A stretch of DNA of 49,046 nucleotides from an uncultured Bacteroidaceae bacterium (lineage in GTDB: Bacteria > Bacillota > Clostridia > Christensenellales > CAG-917), in NCBI GenBank assembly GCA_964414205.1, contig CAYPVP010000002.1:1-49046 (forward strand), written 5' to 3'. How positions within the stretch are numbered: the stretch's first letter is position 1; each line of letters starts with the position of its first letter. A program made the translations under genes and the position numbers. The notes beneath the pieces were generated by a model. It was given only the letters and a program-made list of their open reading frames with translations. It did no database searches and had not been told where the DNA came from. This document shows positions 29,173-39,615 of the stretch, piece by piece.

Positions 29173-30486
29173 CTAGTTTTCTGAAACAAAATATGTTTCA
29201 ACAAAATTTTTCATTGATTGAATTGAGCGTTCAGCATATGCTCTTTTTCTTTCTGACTTGTCACGAACATGAATTTTCAATTCTGGCAAAATTCCAAAAT
29301 TGGAATTCATAGGTTGAAAATTTTCATTTTCTTTTTCGCAAACCCAACTTGTCAAAGCACCCATAATGGTGTCTTTCGGCAAACTACATTTTTCAAGACC
29401 TTGCAATTCTCTTGCAAGTGAAACAGCACTCCAAAGTCCACTCATGATGCTTTCAACATAGCCTTCAACACCAGAAAGTTGACCAGCAACAAACAACAAT
29501 TTTTCTCCTTGAACTCTGAAATTATCATTCAAAAGTTTGGGAGAATTGACAAAAGTGTTTCTGTGCATCACGCCATATCTCAAAAATTCAGCATTTTTTA
29601 GGGCTGGAATCAAACTGAAAACTCTTTTTTGTTCTCCAAATGTCAGATTTGTTTGAAAGCCAACCATGTTCAAAGCATCGCCTTTCAAATTTTCTTTGCG
29701 AAGTTGAACGACAGCATAGTGTTTTTTGTTGTTTTTGTCATACAGTCCCACTGGTTTCATTGGACCAAAACGCATTGAATCTTCTCCTCGTTTTGCCATG
29801 ACCTCAATCGGCATGCAACCTTCAAAAACTTCTTTGCCCTCAAAATCTTTCAGTTTTACTGTTTCAGCATTTGAGAGTTCTTGCCAAAAGTGAACATATT
29901 CTTCTTTGTCCATTGGCAAATTCAAATAGTCATCTCCACCTTTGTTGTATCTGCCACCCCACCATGCACAATTCATATCAATTGAATCAAGCGAAATGAT
30001 TGGAGCAATGGCATCAAAAAAATAGAGATTTTTTGAGCCACACATGTTTTGAAGTTTTTCAGCAAGTTTTTTTGAAGTCAAAGGTCCTGTCGCAATGATG
30101 GTTGGTTCATCAAAATCTATGTCGACAATTTCTTTGCGAATGAGAGAAAACTTTTCAAATTGAAACAGTTTTTTTTCAACAGCATCTGAAAACATTTCTC
30201 TGTCAACTGCCAATGCACCTCCTGCCTCAACTCGGCATTGATGTGCAATTTTCAAAAGTTCACAATCAAAAAATTCAAGTTCTTTTTTCAACAGTCCCGA
30301 AGCCGATGACAATTCCATAGATTTGAGTGAGTTTGAACAAACTAGTTCAGCAAGTTTGTCAGTTTTGTGAGCCCCTGAAAATTCTTGTGGGCGCATTTCA
30401 AACAAATCTACTTCATATCCTCGTTTGAGCAACTGAAAGCATGCTTCCGAGCCAGCCAAACCTCCACCAACGACATTGATTTTCAT
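29173..30486 (-). CDS. trmFO: Methylenetetrahydrofolate--tRNA-(uracil-5-)-methyltransferase TrmFO
   Basis: INVVGGGLAGSEA FAD fold, 437 aa, in the conserved topA-trmFO-hslVU context. Confidence 0.93.
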   Translation of the reverse strand: MKINVVGGGLAGSEACFQLLKRGYEVDLFEMRPQEFSGAHKTDKLAELVCSNSLKSMELSSASGLLKKELEFFDCELLKIAHQCRVEAGGALAVDREMFSDAVEKKLFQFEKFSLIRKEIVDIDFDEPTIIATGPLTSKKLAEKLQNMCGSKNLYFFDAIAPIISLDSIDMNCAWWGGRYNKGGDDYLNLPMDKEEYVHFWQELSNAETVKLKDFEGKEVFEGCMPIEVMAKRGEDSMRFGPMKPVGLYDKNNKKHYAVVQLRKENLKGDALNMVGFQTNLTFGEQKRVFSLIPALKNAEFLRYGVMHRNTFVNSPKLLNDNFRVQGEKLLFVAGQLSGVEGYVESIMSGLWSAVSLARELQGLEKCSLPKDTIMGALTSWVCEKENENFQPMNSNFGILPELKIHVRDKSERKRAYAERSIQSMKNFVETYFVSEN

Positions 30487-30558
30487 ATTATATTTTCCAA
30501 TTTTTGTGTATATTTTGCATTATGTTTGTGTGAAATTATGATGAAATATCAAACAAAA

Positions 30559-32676
30559 TTATTCTGCATCATTTTTTGCAGGAGCATCTTCTTTGTGTCC
30601 ACAAGTCTTGCTTGTGCAAACATAAATCTCTGCATCTCCCTTTTTCCAAACTTTCATTGCACTTCCACATTCTGGGCAAAGAATTGGTGCAGGAATGTCC
30701 CATGACATAAAGTCACAATTTGGATAGTTTGAACAACCATAAAAGAATTTTCCTGTTTTGGTGCGTTTTTTGACAACATCTCCTCCACACTTTGGACAAA
30801 TTCCAATTTTTTCAACAATAGGCTTGGTGTTTTTACATTTTGGATAGTTTGGACATGCCAAAAACTTGCCAAAACGACCATCTTTGACAACCATGTTTGC
30901 GCCACATTTTTCACAAATCACATCACTTACAACATCTGGAACTTTTTCAACACTACTGTTCTTTTGAGCATTTTCCATTCTCTTCACCAATGTTGGATAG
31001 AATTGTTCAATCAATTCATACCATTCTTGACCGCCTTCTGCAATCTTGTCCAATGCACCTTCCATTCTAGCAGTGAACGAAAGATTCATTATGTCTGAAA
31101 AATATTTTTCCATATATTCACAAACTGCTTCTCCAAGTGGAGTTGGCAAAATGTTTTTTCCATCTTTTGAAGTATAAATTCGTTTTGCAAGCACACTGAT
31201 TATTGAAGCATAGGTGCTTGGACGACCAATTCCATTTTCTTCCATCGCCTTGACCAAGGTAGCATCAGAATATCTTGCAGGTGGTTTTGTGAATTTTTGT
31301 TCATGTTCAAGTTTTTGCAAACTCAATTTTTCGCCTTCATTGAGGTTTGGAAGAGTTGCAACTTCATCATTTTCTGCATCACTTTCAACAGTTGCAGAAT
31401 AAACAGCCGTATATCCTTTGAATTTTTCGCTTTTGCCTTTCAACGACAAACCATATGTTGTGCCATTGCTTTCGGCTGAAATGTGAACATTCATTGTGTA
31501 ATATTCTGCATTTGTCATTTGCGAAGCCAAAAATCTTTCATAAATCAATTTGTAGAGGCGCATTTGGTCTCTATCAATTTTGCCTTCCAAAGATTTTGGA
31601 GTTCTTTCCAAAGAAATTGGACGAATTGCTTCGTGGGCATCTTGTGCAGAATCTTTTGTCTTGTAAAAGTTTTGTTTTTTTGGAGCATATTCTTTGCCAT
31701 AGTTTTGGCTGATGAATTCAAGTGCCAAATTTGCAAAATCAGGTGAAACACGAACGCTGTCAGTTCTGATGTAGGTTATAAGAGCAGTCAAACCTTCACC
31801 ATAAACTTCAATTCCTTCATACAGTTGTTGTGCAACTCTGATTGAACGGTCAGCAGTCATGTTGAGTTTGTGGCTTGCCTCTTGTTGCATTGTTGAAGTT
31901 GTAAATGGTGGAGCAGGTTTTGATGTTGATGTTCCCTTTTTTACATTGTCAACAAAATAGTTTGCATTTTGAAGACCATCAAGCACAACTTTTGCGTCAT
32001 TTTCGTTTGTAATTTTGGTTTTCTTTCCTGCCACATCAACAAATGAAGCCTTGAACAAATTTGATTTTGAAACCTTTATTCCATCTTTTGAAAGATGTGC
32101 AAAAATGTTCCAATATTCTTCTGGCACAAAAGCACGAATTTCTTTTTCACGGTCAACAATCATTTTGAGAGCAGCCGATTGCACACGACCAGCAGATGAG
32201 CCACCTTTGACTTTTCTAGACAAAATTGGTGAAATTTTGTAGCCAACAAGTCTGTCAAGCACTCTTCTTGCTTGTTGTGAATCAACAATGTCCATGTTGA
32301 TTTTTCTTGGTTCTTCCATTGCCTTTTTCACTGCTTTTGGTGAAATTTCATGGAACTCAATTCTGACATTGTCGTCATCAATTCCCAAAGTGTTTTTCAA
32401 ATGCCAACTGATTGCCTCTCCTTCTCGGTCAGGGTCAGTTGCCAAATAAACTTTCTCATACTTTTTGACGGCTTGCGAAAGTTGTTTGATGGTTGTTTCT
32501 TTGTCAGGGTTGACTACATATTCAGGTTTAAAGTGGTTTTCAATTTGAATTCCCAATTTTTTTTGTGGCAAATCACACACATGACCTTTTGAAGCCATAA
32601 CGGCAACATCACCACCCAAATATTTTTGTATGGTCTTGGCCTTTGACGGTGACTCAACAATAATCAATGTTTTCAT
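30559..32676 (-). CDS. topA: DNA topoisomerase I
   Basis: TOPRIM LIIVESPSKAKTI, the catalytic Tyr region, and three C-terminal Zn-ribbons (CEKCGANMV..CPNYPKC and others). Confidence 0.97.
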   Translation of the reverse strand: MKTLIIVESPSKAKTIQKYLGGDVAVMASKGHVCDLPQKKLGIQIENHFKPEYVVNPDKETTIKQLSQAVKKYEKVYLATDPDREGEAISWHLKNTLGIDDDNVRIEFHEISPKAVKKAMEEPRKINMDIVDSQQARRVLDRLVGYKISPILSRKVKGGSSAGRVQSAALKMIVDREKEIRAFVPEEYWNIFAHLSKDGIKVSKSNLFKASFVDVAGKKTKITNENDAKVVLDGLQNANYFVDNVKKGTSTSKPAPPFTTSTMQQEASHKLNMTADRSIRVAQQLYEGIEVYGEGLTALITYIRTDSVRVSPDFANLALEFISQNYGKEYAPKKQNFYKTKDSAQDAHEAIRPISLERTPKSLEGKIDRDQMRLYKLIYERFLASQMTNAEYYTMNVHISAESNGTTYGLSLKGKSEKFKGYTAVYSATVESDAENDEVATLPNLNEGEKLSLQKLEHEQKFTKPPARYSDATLVKAMEENGIGRPSTYASIISVLAKRIYTSKDGKNILPTPLGEAVCEYMEKYFSDIMNLSFTARMEGALDKIAEGGQEWYELIEQFYPTLVKRMENAQKNSSVEKVPDVVSDVICEKCGANMVVKDGRFGKFLACPNYPKCKNTKPIVEKIGICPKCGGDVVKKRTKTGKFFYGCSNYPNCDFMSWDIPAPILCPECGSAMKVWKKGDAEIYVCTSKTCGHKEDAPAKNDAE

Positions 32677-32688
32677 AGCACTCCTTTT

Positions 32689-33825
32689 CTAGTTGCAAAG
32701 CACATAATAATTTCCAGACAATTTGTCCACGACACCAAAAATTTCAAGATTTATCAGTGCCGAACTCAATTCATTGGCAGAACATTCAATCTGCTTCAAC
32801 AATTCTTCAAAATGTGTTTCGCCTTGATATAGCAAATCTACAATTTTTTGTTCAAGGAAGTCAAGTTGCAATGCTTCCTCTTTGTTTTCATTTTTGGACT
32901 TTGTCATTCCAAGCCCAAAAAACACATCATCAGGTGAAAGCACCAAAGCACATTGACCTGATTTCAACAAGCGATTGCTTCCTTCGCTTGATGGTTTGTT
33001 TATGTCAGCAGGAACAATGAAAACTTCTTTCCCCTGTTCCAAAGCATAATTGATTGTAATCAACGAACCACTGTTTTCTTTTGCTTCTGCAAGAAAAACT
33101 CCATCAGACAAACCACTGATAATTCGATTTCTTTCAGGAAAATGATATGAAGTTGGTCTTGAATCTAATGGATATTCCGTCACAATCAACCCACCACTTT
33201 GCAAAAGTTTGTCATAAAGTGCTCGGTTTTCAGCAGGATAGCAAACATTCAGTCCACATCCAAAAACAGCAATCGTTGCACCACCTTCTTGAATTGTGGT
33301 TTTGTGTGCAAGTGTATCAACACCTCGGGCAAAGCCAGAAACAACAACCAAATCCTCTCTTGCAAAACTTCTTGTAAAGTCTTCAACAATTCTCAATCCA
33401 TATTTTGTTGGAATTCGTGTTCCAACCACACCAATTGATTTTTGATGAAGTAATTGTGTGTTTCCTTTCAAAAACAGCAACACAGGATAATCATCAATTT
33501 CAAGCAGTTTTTGTGGATAGTGCTTGTCTAAATATGAAACCACTTCACACCCAAGTTTGTCAAGAGTCAAAATATATTCATCAACATTTTGACAATTTTC
33601 TTGAAATTTTTCAAAGTGTTTGTCGGCATCAATGTTGGAAAAAATTTTTCTTGCATATATCTTGTCATTGAAAAGTCTAGATTTATTTTCTGCTTTGTCA
33701 AGCAATCGATGTTTCTTTTTGTTTGTCATTTCAATTTGTGCAAGACACAAAATTGCTTTTTTTTCGTCAGTTATATCAAACATTAAATTTCCTATCAAGT
33801 TCTCGATATTGAATGGCTTCTGCAA
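32689..33825 (-). CDS. dprA: DNA-processing protein DprA (Smf)
   Basis: Rossmann core VVSGFARGVDTLAHK with a C-terminal winged-helix. The true start may be the ATG at 33783. Confidence 0.9.
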   Translation of the reverse strand: MQKPFNIENLIGNLMFDITDEKKAILCLAQIEMTNKKKHRLLDKAENKSRLFNDKIYARKIFSNIDADKHFEKFQENCQNVDEYILTLDKLGCEVVSYLDKHYPQKLLEIDDYPVLLFLKGNTQLLHQKSIGVVGTRIPTKYGLRIVEDFTRSFAREDLVVVSGFARGVDTLAHKTTIQEGGATIAVFGCGLNVCYPAENRALYDKLLQSGGLIVTEYPLDSRPTSYHFPERNRIISGLSDGVFLAEAKENSGSLITINYALEQGKEVFIVPADINKPSSEGSNRLLKSGQCALVLSPDDVFFGLGMTKSKNENKEEALQLDFLEQKIVDLLYQGETHFEELLKQIECSANELSSALINLEIFGVVDKLSGNYYVLCN

Positions 33826-35305
33826 TATGAGTGTTTTTTATGTTTTCTGAACCTTCAAGGTCAGCAATGGTTCTTGCAACCTTCAAAATTCTTGATGTTG
33901 CCCTTGCGCTCAAATTCAATTTTTCAAAGGCTTTTCTCAAAAGTCGCTCTGATGCATCATCAATTTTGCAAAATTTCTTTACATGTCTTTCTGACATTTC
34001 TGAATTTGTCAAAATCTTTTCACCTGCAAATCTTTTTCTTTGAATTGCTCTTGCTTTTTCAATTCTTTTTTTGATTTCAATCGAATTTTCTTCTTCGCCT
34101 TTTGAACGCAATTCATCATATTCTACACTATCAACTTCAATTTGCAAATCAATTCTATCCAAAAGTGGCCCTGACAATTTTGAAAAATAGTTGTGAATTT
34201 GTGTTGATGTGCATCTGCATGTTTGAGTTTTTGAACCATAGTTTCCACAAGGACAAGGGTTCATGCTTGCAATAAGCATGAAATTTGCAGGATATTCAAC
34301 AGATTTTGTCACTCTTGAAATGCTAACTTTTCTGTCTTCAAGTGGCTGTCTGAGGGTTTCCAAAGCATGACGAGAATATTCAGGCATTTCATCCAAAAAC
34401 AACACTCCATGATTTGCCAAACTCACCTCTCCTGGCTTTGCTTTTGCACCACCCCCAACCAATGCAGGCACAGTTGCTGTGTGATGTGGAGTTCTAAATG
34501 GTCTTGTTGCAACAATTCCAACAGATTGTTCCAAAAGTCCTGCAATGCTATGCACCTTTGTGACTTCAACTGCTTCTTCAAAAGTCATTTCAGGCATGAT
34601 TGTTGGCACGCATTTTGCAAGCATTGTTTTTCCTGCACCAGGTGGTCCAATCATAATAACATTATGTCCACCACAAACAGCAATTTCCAACGCTCTTTTT
34701 GCCACAACTTGCCCTTTTACATCAGCAAAATCAACACCATACATTGATGAGATTTTGGCAGATTCAAAGCAAGTTTGTTCAACTTGTTTTTTGCTTTCTC
34801 CTTGCAAAAATTCAGCAGTTTCTTTCAGCGATTCAAAAGCATAAACTTCAATTCCCTCAATATAACTTGCTTCTTTTGAATTTTGTTTGGGAACAACAAA
34901 CTTTCTTGCTCCGTCTTGCATTGCAGAAATGATTGTTGGCATGACTCCATTCACATGTCGCAAAGAGCCATCAAGAGATAGTTCACCAACAAAAATATAT
35001 TCATCATAGTTTTTTGATGCAATTTGCCCTGACGCAACCAAAGTCGCAACGGCAATTGGCAAATCAAATGAAGGACCTTCTTTTTTTGTGTCAGCAGGTG
35101 CAAGATTGACAGTGATTCTTTTTGCAGGATATTGAAACCCACTGTTTTTGATTGCAGAACGAATTCTTTCTTTTGATTCTTTTGTTGCCGTGCTTGCAAG
35201 TCCAACCATTTCAAAAGCAGGCAAACCATTGTTTATATCAATTTCAACATCAATAGGATATCCAATCAATCCATCTAGTGCATAACTTTTTACTTTTGCA
35301 AGCAT
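33776..35305 (-). CDS. comM: YifB/ComM-family Mg-chelatase-like AAA+ ATPase
   Basis: Lon-protease-like N-domain, Walker A GPPGAGKTMLAK, and VLFLDEMPE. Start ATG at 35305 or 35311. Confidence 0.9.
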   Translation of the reverse strand: MLAKVKSYALDGLIGYPIDVEIDINNGLPAFEMVGLASTATKESKERIRSAIKNSGFQYPAKRITVNLAPADTKKEGPSFDLPIAVATLVASGQIASKNYDEYIFVGELSLDGSLRHVNGVMPTIISAMQDGARKFVVPKQNSKEASYIEGIEVYAFESLKETAEFLQGESKKQVEQTCFESAKISSMYGVDFADVKGQVVAKRALEIAVCGGHNVIMIGPPGAGKTMLAKCVPTIMPEMTFEEAVEVTKVHSIAGLLEQSVGIVATRPFRTPHHTATVPALVGGGAKAKPGEVSLANHGVLFLDEMPEYSRHALETLRQPLEDRKVSISRVTKSVEYPANFMLIASMNPCPCGNYGSKTQTCRCTSTQIHNYFSKLSGPLLDRIDLQIEVDSVEYDELRSKGEEENSIEIKKRIEKARAIQRKRFAGEKILTNSEMSERHVKKFCKIDDASERLLRKAFEKLNLSARATSRILKVARTIADLEGSENIKNTHIAEAIQYRELDRKFNV

Positions 35306-35442
35306 AATCATTCCCCTATTGTTTTTCAAATTTTGTATTCATTTGCTATTAAATTTTCATTCATTAGTTTTCATTCATTTATATTTCGATTTTTTTATTC
35401 ATTTACTTTTCAAATTTCTCAACAAATTTTTGTTGCAAACGC

Positions 35443-35480
35443 CAAAAACAAAATTGCTCACTCGCATACACGAGTGAGCG
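35443..35480 (-). terminator. Intrinsic terminator of the large surface-protein gene
   Basis: 9-bp stem gctcactcg / cgagtgagc (35456-35479). On the minus strand it is followed by aattttgttttt. Confidence 0.65.
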
Positions 35481-35485
35481 ACATT

Positions 35486-38470
35486 CTAAGCAATATTTCC
35501 ATTTTTCAATCTTTGATAAGTTTTTACTGCATTGATTGGTGTAAACAACTGTTCAGGGTCATCATCAGGTGTAATCACTGGCTTTTTGTTGTCATAGCAA
35601 TAGAATGACATTGGATAATTTACAGGGAAAGTCTTTCCGGGAACCAAATTTGCAAATGTGCTCAAATCAAGTTGAGTGGTCAATGTCAAGCCAGACAAAA
35701 CTCTGCTGTCTTCCGAAATGACACCTCTTTCAGGATAGTGAACACCGATGTTTGCAACACCCAATTGGAAATATGGTGTTCCATCTTTTGACAAGCAACG
35801 CAAGACATCTCCATTTGAAGTTCCATTGAACGTAAACAAATTTTTGGTTGTGTTCCAACTTGTAGTTGTCAAAGTTCTCATTGTTTCCGTAATCAAGTTT
35901 GCCGTTGATTTGTTCATTCCAAACTCTTGAACAAAAGTCATGTCAAGTTGTTGAGATTTTTTCCAGTTGTAAATGTCACAGAAACCTTCAAATTCCAAAT
36001 TAGAATGTGAAACTTGTCTAAAATAGATTTCATAGGCAGGAACATATGTTCCAGGTTTTTCAGGGTCTTCAATCGACTGATCCAAAATTGAGTCAAGGTT
36101 TTCAGTGACAAGCCCAATTGAAATGTTCATTGAATTTGTGAAAATTGAATTTTTCAATTTTACATTTGAATTCATTTTGTTTTTCAGTGTCTTTCCTTCA
36201 TAGATGTCTTGAACGCTTGTGTTGACATAAAGTGTTTGTCCACCAGAGTTTCTCATGACACTTCCTTCAATTTTGACATCAGATGCTGCAACATAGACAC
36301 AGTTGAAAGCATTTTCAATCAAACAAAATTCAACACTGACATTAGAAAGTCTTTCATCTTTGTTTGCCAAATATTTGTTTCTGCCATCAACAACAATTCC
36401 ACTTCCAACTTTGACATAGTTGAACAATGAGATGCTGTTGTTTGAACTTGATTCAATGTTGTTTCCAACTCTGACTTTAACATTTTTTATGCTGACATCA
36501 TCAACAACAACTTTCAATGCTGAAACATTTTTGGTGTCTTTGAAATCAGTTTCTTCATCACCAACAATAGGCATTTCGGCATCTTCTGTCATCATCTTGA
36601 TTGTGTTGCCATTTCCAAAAAGATTGCAGAACAATTCTTTGTCAAAATATTGTCCATTCTTTTGACCAAGAGTCATGTTGTTGTGCAAAACGATTGCAAA
36701 ATTGTCATGTTTTCTTTCGTTGTCCATTTGTTGTTTTGCAAGGTTATTGACAAAATCATAGCCTTCTATCGTCAGTGTATTGATTTCAGATTGAACTTGT
36801 TTGTCTGTTTTTCCTGAATTTGCAAATGTTTCTGCACTTTCTTTTGAAACAAAGCCAACGTTGACAGCGTTGTCAACAAATTTCATAGTATAAGAAATTG
36901 AAACATTGACAGATTTAAACAATGGATATTTTGATTTGATTGTGACAGTAACTGATTGTGATGTCGCATCAACATTCAACAAACCATCTTGTGTCAATGT
37001 CGAACCATTGCGTTTGGCATCTTCATCAATTGACCATTCAAGCAAATATTTATAATTTTCAATTTCAGAAAGAGTATCAATGTTTTTGGCTTCTTTGCCA
37101 ACCAAAGTATAAATCGAATTGATTTCAAATTGGAAACTGTCAACAAGGGTATTTGAAGATACATCATAAGTCTTCTTTCCAAAGACACGGTTCATTTCAA
37201 TTCCTGCTTTTTTGTCATCACTTGATTTCAAAGTCAGTTCAACTGAATAGACAGGTGGCAAAACTTGAATTTCAAAACTTTCTTCAATTCCGTTTGATGT
37301 TGCCGAAATTACAACTTTTCCAACACCAACAGGAACAATCATTCCATTTTCAATTTTGACAATGCTGTCATTTGAAGATTGAATTTCAACATTTTGGAAA
37401 ACAGATTTCATTTCAACATATTTTCCAATGCTTCCAAGTGTCAAATATGGGTTTTGTGTTCCATCAACAACTGCCCACATGTCAACATTGTAGAAAGCAA
37501 TTTTTTTGAAATTGACTTTTGTTGCAAAAGTTTGTTTTAAAACACTTCCTTCATAAATTTTGGCTTCTATGTTTGCTTCAACAAGATTGTTGCTGTTTTC
37601 AAAATTTACATTGAGAACTTTGTCAACAACACTTCCAACATCAGATTGATAGACAACTTTTTTTCCTGTCATATCAAAATTTGAATTTACGATTGAAGAA
37701 ATGTCAAACTTTCCAACATTTTCTATGCTTGATGCAACAAAATCGAATTCATTTGTCACAAAATATTTTTCATTTGATGCATTTGAAACTTTAAATGTAT
37801 ATTCAGCAAATCTATCGTCTTCAGACATCTCTTTTGGAGGATTTTTGAGTGTAGCACGAACAGTTACATTTCCAGACTTCAATGCTGTCACAACACCATT
37901 TTTGTCAATTGAAACAAACTCATTTCCTTCAACAATTTTCCAATCAACATATTGTTGTTCCATTTTTGCATCTTGTGGGTTCAAAACTGCTTCAAGTTGG
38001 TGTCTGTCGCCAACTGAAAATGAAGTTGGAACATTGTCTGCAATGTTGATTGAAACAACATCTGCACTTGTGACAATGACACGAATTGTTGTTGACACAT
38101 TGCCTTCGGCTGTTGCAGTGATTTCAGCAGTGCCCAAACTTTTGAATTTGACAAGTCCTGAGTCAGAAACTGACAAAACCTTGGTGTCTTCAACAGAAGC
38201 AACACCATCTTGTGGACTCCATTCAACTGTCTTTACATTTGCCTTTGAAGGATAAACTGTTGCTTTGAGTTGCATAGTTTCTTCATTGATGTATGCAATC
38301 AAAGTTTTTTGTGGGGAAAGTTCTAGCAGTGTTCCATCAACATTTTGCCTATAAATCGAAACGCCTTCAACAGAAACATAACCTCCTGGAATAACAGAAG
38401 CAGTCAAACTTACAATCAAAATTACTATCAATGGAATAATCATTAACATTCCAAGCAAAAATTTCTTCAT
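35486..38470 (-). CDS. Large N-terminally anchored surface protein with Big_2 (Ig-like) domains and a probable right-handed beta-helix region
   Basis: Start ATG at 38470 (MKKFLLGMLMIIPLIVILIV is a TM segment or signal anchor). Big_2-like segments include ATVYPSKANVKTVEWS...GTAEITATAEG and LEAVLNPQDAK...SGNVTVRATL. The later region has repetitive N/V/S beta-strand periodicity. Confidence 0.7.
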   Translation of the reverse strand: MKKFLLGMLMIIPLIVILIVSLTASVIPGGYVSVEGVSIYRQNVDGTLLELSPQKTLIAYINEETMQLKATVYPSKANVKTVEWSPQDGVASVEDTKVLSVSDSGLVKFKSLGTAEITATAEGNVSTTIRVIVTSADVVSINIADNVPTSFSVGDRHQLEAVLNPQDAKMEQQYVDWKIVEGNEFVSIDKNGVVTALKSGNVTVRATLKNPPKEMSEDDRFAEYTFKVSNASNEKYFVTNEFDFVASSIENVGKFDISSIVNSNFDMTGKKVVYQSDVGSVVDKVLNVNFENSNNLVEANIEAKIYEGSVLKQTFATKVNFKKIAFYNVDMWAVVDGTQNPYLTLGSIGKYVEMKSVFQNVEIQSSNDSIVKIENGMIVPVGVGKVVISATSNGIEESFEIQVLPPVYSVELTLKSSDDKKAGIEMNRVFGKKTYDVSSNTLVDSFQFEINSIYTLVGKEAKNIDTLSEIENYKYLLEWSIDEDAKRNGSTLTQDGLLNVDATSQSVTVTIKSKYPLFKSVNVSISYTMKFVDNAVNVGFVSKESAETFANSGKTDKQVQSEINTLTIEGYDFVNNLAKQQMDNERKHDNFAIVLHNNMTLGQKNGQYFDKELFCNLFGNGNTIKMMTEDAEMPIVGDEETDFKDTKNVSALKVVVDDVSIKNVKVRVGNNIESSSNNSISLFNYVKVGSGIVVDGRNKYLANKDERLSNVSVEFCLIENAFNCVYVAASDVKIEGSVMRNSGGQTLYVNTSVQDIYEGKTLKNKMNSNVKLKNSIFTNSMNISIGLVTENLDSILDQSIEDPEKPGTYVPAYEIYFRQVSHSNLEFEGFCDIYNWKKSQQLDMTFVQEFGMNKSTANLITETMRTLTTTSWNTTKNLFTFNGTSNGDVLRCLSKDGTPYFQLGVANIGVHYPERGVISEDSRVLSGLTLTTQLDLSTFANLVPGKTFPVNYPMSFYCYDNKKPVITPDDDPEQLFTPINAVKTYQRLKNGNIA

Positions 38471-38755
38471 ATCTTCTCCGTGATGAAAAGAAAACAATTG
38501 GAATCTAAAATTCCAGCGTTTTCTAAAAACATTCATTCATTTTAGCATATAGAAATGCAAAAATCAACAATAATATCTTTCTCACATGGTGTAGAAAAGA
38601 CTATGTTCTTTTGGCAAAAATTTTGTCTATGAAAATCAAAATGACAAATTGCAAACAAAACTATTCCGATTTATGAACAAAAGCGTTACGAAAAATAAAA
38701 AATTTTGAAGGATAATGACAAAACTCAACATAACTACAATATTTTAAACTTTATA

Positions 38756-38784
38756 TTGATTGCTACATTTTGATGTGTTAAAAT
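38756..38784 (+). promoter_or_regulatory. Candidate sigma-A promoter for the LRR lipoprotein / transporter operon
   Basis: TTGATT (38756-38761), 17 nt, TGtTAAAAT extended -10 (38776-38784). Confidence 0.5.
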
Positions 38785-38813
38785 AAAACCATAGTTTATG
38801 GAAAGGAGAAATT

Positions 38814-39614
38814 ATGAAAAAACGAACAAATTTAATTGCAGTTGTTGTGTTGCTTTTGTTGTTTGCGTTGCCAATTCTTACGGCTTGTGATGATGACAAA
38901 TTGTCTTATGATTTCATCTCGGGTGATTTTGGCTACAAAATTGTCAGTGACACAACTGTTAGTCTAACTTTTTTGCACAACAAAAATTTGGAAAATGCAA
39001 TCATTCCATCAAAAGTTGAACATGAACAAAAAACTTACAGCATCACTTCAATCGGCGAAGGTGTTTTTGCACCCGTTGCAACAGGAATGTCACTCAATGA
39101 AATTTTTCACTACTCACCAGAATTGGATGACAAAAATGACAAATTGAAAACCGTTGCATTTGCACCAGATTGTCAAGTGGAAAAAATTGGAAACAGGGCT
39201 TTTGAAAAATGCAAAGCAATGCAATCAATCGCGCTTCCTGAATCATTGAAAGAAATTGGTGGTTTTGCGTTTTACAAATGCGAAAATTTGACTGAAATTT
39301 CTTTGCCAAAAAATGTTCAGGAAATCAAAGACTTTGCTTTCACAGGCTCATCAAAACTTGCAAAAGTTGTTTTGGAAGTCACCGACAAAGACAAAATTCC
39401 AAAACTTGGTGCTCAAACTTTCAAAATTTATGACAGTTCACAAGCAGGCTTCATGAGTTCAACAAATCCATATCAGATAATTGAAAATTTAAAAATTTTT
39501 GTTGGAAGTCAAGAAATTGCTTCTCAACTTCAAAGTTTTCAAACTTCAACAATTGTCGAATATAGAAATTGGTTTGATTATACAGCAAAAAATTTGGCTG
39601 TCATAGGTGGTTGA
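38814..39614 (+). CDS. Lipoprotein with BspA-type leucine-rich repeats
   Basis: Signal peptide plus lipobox (LPILTAC). LRR_5-like repeats read IGNRAFEKCKAMQSIALPESLKEIGGFAFYKCENLTEISLPKNVQEIKDFAF. Confidence 0.75.
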   Translation: MKKRTNLIAVVVLLLLFALPILTACDDDKLSYDFISGDFGYKIVSDTTVSLTFLHNKNLENAIIPSKVEHEQKTYSITSIGEGVFAPVATGMSLNEIFHYSPELDDKNDKLKTVAFAPDCQVEKIGNRAFEKCKAMQSIALPESLKEIGGFAFYKCENLTEISLPKNVQEIKDFAFTGSSKLAKVVLEVTDKDKIPKLGAQTFKIYDSSQAGFMSSTNPYQIIENLKIFVGSQEIASQLQSFQTSTIVEYRNWFDYTAKNLAVIGG

Positions 39615-39615
39615 A

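Noticed and set aside
37701-38255. 184-aa plus-strand ORF antisense to the large surface-protein gene
   Set aside because: It is antisense to a long, domain-bearing ORF. It has Ser/Thr/Phe-rich shadow-ORF composition and no start context.
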